Both the position numbers and the translations under genes were made by a program. A stretch of DNA of 19,501 nucleotides from NCBI RefSeq assembly GCF_006345805.1, contig NW_021824222.1, positions 1 to 19,501 of the forward strand, read 5' to 3'. The DNA comes from Octopus sinensis (taxonomy: Eukaryota). The notes below the pieces were generated by a model, which saw nothing but the letters and a program-made list of their open reading frames with translations, did not search any database and was not told the origin of the DNA. Shown here in pieces: positions 9,855 to 18,875 of this stretch. Position 1 is the first letter of the stretch. Each line of letters starts with the position of its first letter.

Positions 9855-10093
9855 AAAGCACCAACCGATCGTGGCTGATGCCAGACCCCTCTGGCACCTG
9901 TGCAGGTGGCACGTAAAAAGCACCCGCTACACTCGCGGAGCGGTTGGCATTAGGAAGGGCATCCAGCTGTAGAAACGCTGCCAGATCAGACTGGAGCCTG
10001 GGGCAGCCCCTGGCTTCCCAGAACCCGGTCGAACCGTCCAACCCGTGCTAGCGCGGAAAACGGACGTTAAACGATGATGATGATGATGATGAT
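9855..10093 (+). mobile_element. RTE LINE 3'-end fragment
   Basis: One UTR subunit plus GGTTGGCATTAGGAAGGGCATCCAGCTGTAGAAAC...(GAT)n, matching 17840-18066. Confidence 0.9.
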
Positions 10094-10384
10094 CATTAAT
10101 TTTCTGGATGAAAAATTCCACCCACACAGCTTCTTGTTCCCTCATAAGGTCTGTCTTTGTATTGTTCGAAATTTGAACATCTCTGGCGAATTATAGAAAT
10201 TACTAACAGCATCATCGTCATCGCGACTACCGTCATCACCATCAATATCACCATTATCACCACCACCACACCAAACAGCGCACAGACATTCCTTCTCATC
10301 AGACGTCAACCAAAGACAAGAAAAATGCATTGTGGCTTCAACCGTTTCCGGTTGAATCACTTCCTGAACAGAATTTCACAGAAA

Positions 10385-10411
10385 TACATACATACATATA
10401 TATATATATAT

Positions 10412-10452
<41 letters not shown>

Positions 10453-10820
10453 TATATATGTAAATACACATGTAAGTATATATATATACATATACTTACA
10501 TATATACATACTTATACATATATATATTCAAACATTCATAAACACACATATATATGTATATATGTATATGTGTGTATATATATATATATACATATATATA
10601 AAAATAAATACATGCAGACATATATGTACATCACATACGTGTGTAGGTATATATGTGTGCCTATGTGTATATATGTGTGTATATATATATATATATACAT
10701 GTATGTGTGTATTCATATATATATATATATACACATGCATATATAAATATATGTCTAAAGACATACGGATGTATATTTGTGTGTGTTTGTATATGTATAC
10801 ATACATACACACATATACAA
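10385..10820. repeat. (TA)/(CA)/(TG) compound microsatellite
   Basis: Visible repeats. Confidence 0.95.
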
Positions 10821-10912
10821 AAAGAAATACGCCAGCTTCCGACAACGCCCAAATGAAACCACAACTATTCGTGTCACGGACATATGTACACCATTACAAA
10901 CTTACATCCAAC

Positions 10913-11647
10913 TGGGTGAATGTAGCAAGGATGGCACGTATGAATGATGAAGCCACCTTGAGCATGATCCTATGAACCCGGAAAATTTTAAAACAGAGAG
11001 TTACCTACTTGCAAATAAATGTGTTAACATGTGACATTATTGACCGAGGTTACCGTGGTCTTTTCCATAGGCTTTTCTTTCCACGGATAAACCTTATCTG
11101 CTTTTCCCTTTACACTTTATATCTCTTTTCTCTTTTTTTTTTCTTTTCCTTGTTTCAGTCATTTGACTGTGGCCATGCTGGAGCATCGCCTTTTTAATCG
11201 AGCAACTGGACCCCGGGACTAATTCTTTTGTAAGCCCAGTCTTGCTAAGTAACAGGGACATAAACACACCAGCATCGGTTGTCAAGCAATGACAAACACA
11301 GACACACAAACACACACGACGGGCTTCTTTCAGTTTCCGTCTACCAAATCCACTCACAAGGCTTTGGTCTGCCCAAAGAAGACACTTGCCCAAGGTGCCA
11401 CGCAGTGGGACTGAACCCAGAAACATGTGGTTGGTAAACAAGATCCTTACCACACAGCCGCTCCTGCGCTTCATGACATTTCTGTGATACATGATCCCTA
11501 TTGATTATTTTTTAAAATTTTCTTTCCTTTTTATGATCCCTTTTGATCGAAAACCTACCCTCCTTTTCTTTCTCCCCACCAAAAAGAAAAGCTCTACCTT
11601 GTAATTTGTCCCATCTGCGTTCAGCCCTGTGTGGCTAATAAAGAAAC
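10913..11647 (+). mobile_element. Second Tx1/L1-like 3' end, interrupted by a SINE
   Basis: WVNVARMARMNDEATLSMIL* (10913-10975) matches WINVARMANMKGPILRIHL* at 9563. Terminus CAGCCCTGTGTGGCTAATAAAGAAA at 11622-11646. Continuity across the SINE is inferred. Confidence 0.6.
11123..11470 (-). mobile_element. tRNA-derived SINE with internal deletions
   Basis: Reverse complement has head, central domain and tail; several internal segments are missing relative to 15139-15533. Confidence 0.9.
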
Positions 11648-11770
11648 ATATCTATTTACCTACCTAGCTATCTATGTATCTACCAACCCATCTATCTATC
11701 TGTCTGTCCATCCATCTATTTATCTAACTATATATCTGCCTGTCTGTCTATCTATCTATCTATCTATCTA

Positions 11771-11813
<43 letters not shown>

Positions 11814-11860
11814 TATACACACACACACACATATATATACATACATGTATATATAAAGAT
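11648..11860. repeat. (CTAT)n then (TA)n/(CA)n microsatellite
   Basis: Visible repeats. Confidence 0.9.
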
Positions 11861-12047
11861 ATAGTTACAAATTGAGATAGGGGTTGTAAATGCAACCCTC
11901 CATGGGATAACATATATCCAATATACTGGTGATTGAGTATTATCTGGTAATTGATATTTGATTTTGATGTATTTCTCCATTTTCTTATCTTGTATATAAA
12001 GATATATATATATAACGGGAAGGTTTACGAAAATAAACAAAAGACGT

Positions 12048-12460
12048 AGGCACAGAAGTGGTTGTGTGGTAAGTAGCTTGCTTACCAACCACATGGTTGC
12101 GGGTTCAGTCCCACTGTGTGGCACCTTGGGCAAGTGTCTTCTACTATAGCTTCAGGCCGACCAAAGCCTTGTGAGTGGATTTGGTAGACAGAAACTGAAA
12201 GAAGCCCGTCGTATATATGTATATATATATATGCGTATGTGTGTTTGTGTGTGTGTGTTTGTCCCCCTAGCATTGCTTGACAACCGATGCTGGTGTGTCT
12301 ATGTCCCCGTTACTTAGCGGTTCGGTAAAAGAGACCGATAGAATAAGTACTGGGCTTACAAAAGAATAAATCTGGGGTCGAGTTGCTCGATTAAAGGCGG
12401 TGCTCCAGCATGGCCGCAGTCAAATGACTGAAACAAGTAAAAAGAGAAAAAAAAGAGAGA
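12048..12460 (+). mobile_element. Full-length tRNA-derived SINE
   Basis: Head, central domain and tail as in other copies; no TSD seen. Confidence 0.92.
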
Positions 12461-12491
12461 GTATAGCGCTCAGGAATAGAAATAGAACAAG

Positions 12492-12529
12492 TCTTTTACG
12501 TTTTGAGCCTACGCTCTTCAACAGAAAGA
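12492..12529 (-). ncRNA. Degenerate minimal type I hammerhead ribozyme
   Basis: Minus strand UCUUU CUGUUGA A GAGC GUAG GCUC AAAACGU A AAAGA. Stem I UCUUU/AAAGA, stem II GAGC/GCUC, palindromic ACGU stem III; core deviations A6U and G12A. Confidence 0.65.
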
Positions 12530-12603
12530 TACACAGAAAAGAAACAAGGAGAGAAAAAAAATGCGTGCAGGAGGTAACGCTCTATCATGGCGTATATATA
12601 TAT

Positions 12604-12750
12604 TCTCTTTTCTCTTTTTCTCTTTTACTTGTTTCAGTCATTTGACTGCGGCCATGCTGGAGCACCACCTTTAATCGAGCAACTCGACCCCAGGACTTAT
12701 TCTTTTTTCTAAGCCCAGTACTTATTCTATCGGTCTCTTTTGCCGAACCG

Positions 12751-12752
<2 letters not shown>
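12604..12752 (-). mobile_element. tRNA-derived SINE, 3' fragment
   Basis: Reverse complement of the SINE tail, truncated at a TA run. Confidence 0.9.
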
Positions 12753-12793
<41 letters not shown>

Positions 12794-13630
12794 TTTCAGT
12801 GTGTCTATTTTCTTTCTTTCATTTGCTACTCAGTCACGAAGACACGCACACACACACACACACACATAACCACAAGCTGAAATATGTGTTACCTATAAAG
12901 AAAACAATATCAGCTACAAAGAAGCAAAGTACATATATATTAGTATAAATAATTTTATATCTGTATAGGGCAGGAGAGAGGTGGGGGGATTGAAAACATG
13001 AATAGATTGATACACACACACACACACACACATATATATACACACACACACACATATAGAAATATGCATATATATATATATATATGTGTGTGTGTGGGTG
13101 TAGCTGTTTGTATTTAGATGTACCTGAATGTGTATGTGTGTGTGCATTACTTCTTCAAATCCATTTTACTATAAACATACATATATGTGTGTGTGTGTGT
13201 ATTTATATAATACATATGTGTGTGTGTGTGTATATATATATATATACTTACAAATGAGAATGCCTGTATTTTGTGTGTGTGTATATATATAATGTATATA
13301 TATGTGTGTGTGTATATATATATGTATATATATATGTGTGTGTGTGTATTTATATAATATATATGTGTGTGTGTATATATATATACTTACAAATGAGTAT
13401 GCCTGTATTTTGTGTGTGTGTGTGTGTATATATGTATATATATATATGTGTGTGTGTGTATTTATATAATATATATGTGTGTGTGTGTGTGTATATATAT
13501 ATTTATGTGTGAGTGTGTGTGTGTGTATGTGTATAGTCTCCTTTAGAGAGATTTAGAAATAATATTTATATATACATATATATATATATATACATATATA
13601 CATAGATAGACACACACACACACACACACC
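12753..13630. repeat. Compound (TA)/(CA)/(TG) microsatellite region with a higher-order duplication
   Basis: Visible repeats interspersed with short non-repetitive stretches. TACTTACAAATGAG(A/T)ATGCCTGTATTTT occurs at 13245 and 13384. Confidence 0.85.
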
Positions 13631-14194
13631 TAATATCCCTGCACACAAAGAAATAAAAATGGTGTCCTGTGTGAATTTAAAAAGAGAAGGAAGTAAATAC
13701 TTTGATTAAATATCGGCCAGACTTATAGCCTGAAGGGTACTTCTTTGTCTGTGTATATACACATGTATATATATATATATATGTGTGTATATGTGTGTTG
13801 TTTATAACTACCATGAGACATTTTTCTCTCTCTTGTAACGATCCCTCTCTGATGCTCTTTGTCCTAACTTTAAGTTTCACGAGAATACAAATGTTCTCAT
13901 TATTGGATGGTTTAATATTCTGTAATAACAAATGCAAAGTTCCTTTATCCAGATTGCTCCTGGTCCTCACCATTTCAATGGTTATCCCTCTCTCTCATTA
14001 CACGACACCTCTGTAACTATATTCATCCCTCCGATGCCTTTTGTCATTACGCTAAGTCTCCTCACAGTAACACAAACAGGCTGGCAGTTTAATATTCTAT
14101 TATTAAAATGATGTTCGTTTAACCAATGTGATGCCTGGATGTTATTAAATCATTGGTTATCCCTGAGTCTCAAAGCACAGCCCCTCTGGTATTT

Positions 14195-14518
14195 ATTTCT
14201 CTAGGCTTTATAGACAAAAATCTATAGTTTGTAACATATTTCGTCTTAAATTTCTTGCATTTTGGCAATTTCAACCAATCAATGACGTCTATTGAGGTAA
14301 GAAACATTCTGTGCCGTATGAATATGTCCCTCCTTTAAGAAACAGATTGGGTTTATTTACATTTGAGAAGAAAAAAAGATACCCTTCCCCCTACCCCTAA
14401 CCCTAACCCTGACTCACCCTAACTCTAACCCTAAATCTAAAATAGATTGAAATGCAATAGATTGATACTAGGGTCATAATTATGGGTGACAATTTCACAT
14501 GGCACCACTAGAGAAAAT
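14195..14518 (+). mobile_element. MITE copy 2, truncated at both ends
   Basis: Colinear with about 210-500 of copy 1; expanded CCCTAA-like tract at 14395-14440. Confidence 0.85.
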
Positions 14519-14910
14519 GGCAGTTTTTTCTAGCAGTGTCATATGAAATTGTCACCCATAATTATGACCCTAGTATCGATCTATTGCATTTCAATCTGTG
14601 TTAGGGTTAGGGGTGGGAGGAAAAGTATCTTTTTTTTCTTCAGAAATGTAAATAAACCCAATCTGTTTCTTAAACGAGGGACATATACATACGGCACAGA
14701 ATGTTTTTTTACCTCAATAGACGTCATGGATTGGTTGAAATTTCAGAAATTTAAGAAAAAAAACAAATATCTTACAAATTCTAGAATTTTCTCAATAAAG
14801 CCAAGAGAAAAAGATGTTTTATAAACACATTCTACCAGTATACGAAGTTTAAAGTTTTTTAGTTATGTGGAAATTATTTTAAAAAACTGCCGGTCAAACC
14901 GAAAAGATCC
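14519..14910 (-). mobile_element. MITE copy 3, one TIR intact (14910), the other truncated
   Basis: Reverse complement begins GGATCTTTTCGGTTTGACCGGCAGTTTTTT and is colinear with copy 1. Confidence 0.9.
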
Positions 14911-14932
14911 CAAAATTTTATGAAACTTCTAC

Positions 14933-14944
14933 AAGGCAAAGACT
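14933..14944 (+). repeat. Left target-site duplication AAGGCAAAGACT
   Basis: Identical 12-mer at 15534-15545 brackets the 28S fragment plus SINE. Confidence 0.8.
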
Positions 14945-15138
14945 TCTTCCGAAGGTACGGATCCATTTTGCCGACTTCCCTTACCTACATTGGCGCTATC
15001 GACGAGAGGCTGTACACCTTGGATACCTGCTGCGGATGGTGGGTACGGACTGACTCGAGAGCTGCGATTCATTACGGACCCGGATTTTCCAGGGCCGCCG
15101 AGAGCGCACCGGCCACCGCCCAAGACACGGCGCTCTAC
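14945..15138 (-). pseudogene. 28S (LSU) rRNA fragment, about 194 bp
   Basis: Minus strand GCCCTGGAAAATCCGGG...CCGTACCCACCATCCGCAGCAGGTATCCAAGGTGTACAGCCTCT...AATGTAGGTAAGGGAAGTCGGCAAAATGGATCCGTACCTTCGG matches the conserved eukaryotic LSU segment ATCCGCAGCAGGTCTCCAAGGTGAACAGCCTCT...GTAAGGGAAGTCGGCAA. Isolated fragment, not an rDNA unit. Confidence 0.92.
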
Positions 15139-15533
15139 AGGTGTAGGAGTGGCTGTGTGGTAAGTAGCTTGTTTACCAGCCACATGGTTCTGGGTTCAGT
15201 CCCACTGCGTGGCACCTTGGGCAAGTGTCTTCTACTATAGCCACGGGCCGACCAATGCCTTGTGAGTGGATTTGGTAGACGGAAACTGAAAGAAGCCTGT
15301 TGTATATATGCATGTGTGTGTTTGTGTGTCTGTGTTTGTCCCCCTAGCATTGCTTGACAACCGATGCTGGTGTGTTTACGTCCCCGTAACTTAGCGGTTC
15401 GGCAAAAGAGACCGATAGAATAAGTACTGGGCTTACAAAAGAATAAGTCCCGGGGTCAAGTTGCTCGATTAAAGGTGGTGCTCCAGCATGGCCGCAGTCA
15501 AATGACTGAAACAAGTAAAAGAGTAAAAGAGTA
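15139..15533 (+). mobile_element. Full-length tRNA-derived SINE
   Basis: A/B-box head, central domain, CAGTC-AAAT-GACTG hairpin, AAAAGAGT tail. Confidence 0.93.
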
Positions 15534-15545
15534 AAGGCAAAGACT
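15534..15545 (+). repeat. Right target-site duplication AAGGCAAAGACT
   Basis: Identical to 14933-14944. Confidence 0.8.
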
Positions 15546-15601
15546 GATAGTGACTTCGAAGTTTCATTTGCACGCTAGCATCAGCCTAATGACAGCGTCA
15601 A

Positions 15602-15668
15602 GTGCTGGGATTGAAACTGAAACCCAAGAGATTGGGAAGTGAATACTTTGAGCAACACACTCAGCCAC
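15602..15668 (-). mobile_element. Possible old tRNA-like SINE head relic
   Basis: Minus strand GTGGCTGAGTG...GTTTCAATCCCAGCAC has A-box-like and B-box-like words at plausible spacing. Confidence 0.35.
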
Positions 15669-15821
15669 TGAAAGCACCTGATGTTTGGGTTTGAATATTT
15701 TAGTGGAATATTTAAGAAATGATGAGTGTATATATGGGTATATATGAATGTTTGTGCGTGTATGTGTGTGAGTGTGTGTTGTGTTTCTGTCGATGAGGGT
15801 TTGCAAGTATTTACGTGTCTT

Positions 15822-16332
15822 GTGTAAGAATAGCCTGGGCAAAGTTTAGAGAGCTCTTACCCCTGCTGGTGACAAAAGGCCTCTCGCTCAGAGTAAAAGG
15901 CAGACTGTATGATGCATGTGTACGTACAGCCATGCTACATGGTAGTGAAACATGGGCCGTGACTGCTGAGGATATGCGTAAGCTCGCAAGAAATGAAGCC
16001 AGTATGCTCCGATGGATGTGTAATGTCAGTGTTCATAACCGTCAGAGTGTAAGTTCCTTGAGAGAAAAGTTGAACCTAAGAAGCGTCAGTTGTGGTGTGC
16101 AAGAGAGACGTTTGCGCTGGTATGGTCATGTGATGAGATGGCTGAAGATAGTGTGTGTGCAAAAGTGTGCTACACCCTAGCAGTTGAGGGAACCTGTGGA
16201 AGAGGTAGACCCAGGAAAACCTGGGACGAGGTGGTGAAGCACGACCTTCGAACTTTAGGTCTCACTAAGAAAATGTCTAGAGACCGAGACCTATGGAAGT
16301 ATGCTGTGCGTGAGAAGACCCGGCAAGACTAG
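15822..16332 (+). pseudogene. RTE ORF C-terminal region (post-RT), frameshifted
   Basis: AWAKFRELLPLL...MLHGSETW...RRLRWYGHVMR / EGTCGRGRPRKTWDEVVKHDL...DRDLWK; stop TAG at 16330-16332. Confidence 0.9.
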
Positions 16333-17899
16333 TCAGGCCATAACCCGTGGCCCCTACCTGGGACATAGTCAGTCCTCCTGTGCATACCTTCCTTCTTGTG
16401 ACACTTATGAAGACCTGTTGAGGCAAGTGAAAATCAATCAAAAACAAATCAAAATAGATGAACATCAGCGGAATTGTATTCTTTGTGGACCAGTGCCGGT
16501 GGACACAAGAAAACCACCCAACGTGGCCGTAGCCAGTACCAGCATCGACTGGCCTCCGTGCTGTGGGCACAACAAACACCATCCGATCGTGGCCGTTCGC
16601 CAGCCTCATCTGGCACCTGTGTCGGTGGCACATAAAGACACCATCCGAAGACCCGGCGACGTAGTCAGTCCACCTGTGCATACCTCCCTCTTTATGACAC
16701 TTGTGAAGACCTGTTGAGGCAAGTGTGTGACACTTGTGAAGACCTGTTGAGGCAGAGGCAAGTGTGTGACACTTGTGGAGACCTGTTGAGGCAAGTGTGT
16801 GACACCTACTTATGACACTTGTGAAGACCTGTTGAGGCAAGTGTGTGACACTTGTGTAGACCTGTTGAGGCAAGTGAAAATCAAATCAAATCAAATCAAA
16901 CCAATCAAAATAGATGAACATCAATGGAATTTGTATCTTTGTGGTACCAGTACCGTTGGCACACAAGAAAACCATCCGAACGTGGCCGTAGCCAGTTACC
17001 GCATCGACTGGCCTCTGTGACGTGGGCACATAACAAACACCATCCGATCGTGGCCGTTCGCCAGCCTCATCTGGCACCTGTGTCGGTGGCACATAAAAAA
17101 CACCACGAAGACCCGGCAAGACTAGTCAGGCCATAACCGTGGCCCCTACCTGCGACGTAGTCAGTCCACCTGTGCATACCTTCCTTCTTGTGACACTTGT
17201 GAAGACCTGTTGAGGCAAGTGAAAATCAATCAAATCAAATCAAATCAAAATAGATGAACATCAATGGAATTTGTATCTTTGTGGTACCAGTGCCGGTGGC
17301 ACACAAGAAAACCATCCGAACGTGGCCGTAGCCAGTACCGCATCGACTGGCCTCCGTGCTGTGGGCACGTAACAAACACCATCCGATCGTGGCTGTTCGC
17401 CAGCCTCATCTGGCACCTGTGTCGGTGGCACATAAAAACACCATCCGAAGACCCGGCAAGACTAGTCAGGCCATAACCCGTGGCCCCTACCTGCGACGTA
17501 GTCAGTCCACCTGTGCATACCTTCCTTCTTGTGACACTTGTGAAGACCTGTTGAGAGGCAAGTGAAAATCAAAATCAAACAAATCAAAATAGATGAACAT
17601 CATGGAATTTGTATCTTTGTGGTACCATGCCGGGGTGCACACAAGAAAATCATCCGAACGTGGCCGTAGCCAGTACCGCATAGACTGGCCTCCGTGCTTT
17701 GGGACGTAACAAACACCATCCGATCGTGGCCGTCCGCCAGCCTCATCTGGCACCTGTGTCGGTGGCACATAAAAACACCATCGAGCGTGGCCGTCTGCCA
17801 GCCTCGTCTGGCACCTGTGTCGGTGGCACATAAAAACACCATCCGAGCGTGGCCGTTCGCCAGCCTCGTCTGGCACCTGTGTCGGTGGCACAAAAAATC
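16314..17899 (+). repeat. Four tandem units of about 335 bp plus extra subunits of about 60 bp
   Basis: GAAGACCCGGC starts units at 16314, 16647, 17107 and 17447 (lengths 333, 460, 340, about 336). Confidence 0.9.
16695..16876 (+). repeat. Five copies of a 33-bp minisatellite TGACACTTGTGAAGACCTGTTGAGGCAAGTGTG
   Basis: Direct tandem copies inside unit 2, with small insertions. Confidence 0.9.
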
Positions 17900-18066
17900 A
17901 CCCACTACACTCTCGGAGTGTTGGCGTTAGGAAGGGCATCCAGCTGTAGAAACACTGCCAGATCTGACTGGCCTGGTGCAGCCTTCGGGCTCCCCAGACC
18001 CCAGTTGAACCGTCCAACCCATGCTAGCATGGAAAACGGATGCTAAATGATGATGATGATGATGAT

Positions 18067-18220
18067 GTGTGTGTGTGTATATACACATATATATAAGTGT
18101 GTGTGTATATGTATATATATATGTATATGTGTGTATGTGTATATATGTGTATGTGCACAAGTCAGGTGTATGTCTATGCATTGTAAAATACACACACATA
18201 CATATATGCTTACATAACAC

Positions 18221-18258
<38 letters not shown>

Positions 18259-18338
18259 CATTTAAACACACATACATACATACAAACACCCACATAGACA
18301 CACATATATATCTATATCTATATATCTATATCTCTCTC

Positions 18339-18403
<65 letters not shown>

Positions 18404-18449
18404 ATATATATCGATCTATTAAATATATATATATATATTATATATATAT

Positions 18450-18487
<38 letters not shown>

Positions 18488-18654
18488 ACATACATGTAAT
18501 ATGTGTGTATAATATGGTGGATAGTCACTATTGACACAGAGTGGTCAGTACTGAAAATGTATTAGAGTCCTACAAAAAGAGTCAATTAGCCTCACACACA
18601 CACACACACACGAATGTATATGTGTACCTACACATATATAGCTTTCTATGCGCA

Positions 18655-18697
<43 letters not shown>

Positions 18698-18710
18698 ATA
18701 GATAAATGTG
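18067..18710. repeat. Compound (TG)/(TA)/(CA)/(TC) microsatellites
   Basis: Visible repeats with short unique interruptions. Confidence 0.9.
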
Positions 18711-18810
18711 TTACATATACAGAGGGAGATGTGTTAATTTAGAGATATTGTCACAAGAAAGAGTTTTGTTGTCCTGACAGCCAGACGGAGCTCTGTGTGC
18801 GTAAGAAGGT

Positions 18811-18860
18811 AACCCGGAAAACCATGTGGTTGGTAAGCAAGCTTCTTACCACACAGCCAC
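18811..18860 (-). mobile_element. SINE head fragment
   Basis: Reverse complement GTGGCTGTGTGGTAAGAAGCTTGCTTACCAACCACATGG matches the SINE head. Confidence 0.8.
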
Positions 18861-18875
18861 ATATATACACATATA

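Larger units (their letters stand above)
12014..12592 (-). mobile_element. Penelope-like terminal-repeat fragment (12014-12047 plus 12461-12592), split by a SINE
   Basis: Minimal hammerhead motif followed by TTCCTGAGCG as in 18876-19055. Pyrimidine-rich on the minus strand; abuts (TA)n at both ends. PLE assignment and joining of the two parts are inference. Confidence 0.55.
15822..18066 (+). mobile_element. 5'-truncated RTE-clade LINE with tandemly amplified 3' UTR
   Basis: RTE ORF C-terminus, repeated UTR units, terminal motif GGAAGGGCATCCAGCTGTAGAAAC and (GAT)n tail. Confidence 0.92.

Noticed and set aside
13800-14010. Possible ancient APE endonuclease relic (NVLIIGWFNI resembling GDFN; downstream Q...GP...G)
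   Set aside because: The key Asp is absent, the frame has stops and no YRPP is present. It is too weak without a profile search (tblastn/HMM against LINE ORF2 would decide).
14920-15240. 106-aa plus-strand ORF spanning the 28S/SINE junction
   Set aside because: It is a chance open frame across antisense rRNA and the SINE head, with no protein features.
16402-16435. CTGTTGAGGCAAGTGAAA as a hammerhead core, or GTGAAGA as a C/D box C
   Set aside because: There is no pairable stem II closing pair, no stem III or NUH site, and no matching box D.
16695-16876. CRISPR-like 33-bp hairpin repeats
   Set aside because: There are no unique spacers or cas genes, the context is eukaryotic, and the repeats lie within an RTE 3' UTR.
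16277-17930. ORFs of 60-198 aa on both strands in the RTE 3' array
   Set aside because: They derive from tandem UTR repeats downstream of the ORF stop and show no recognisable protein motif.
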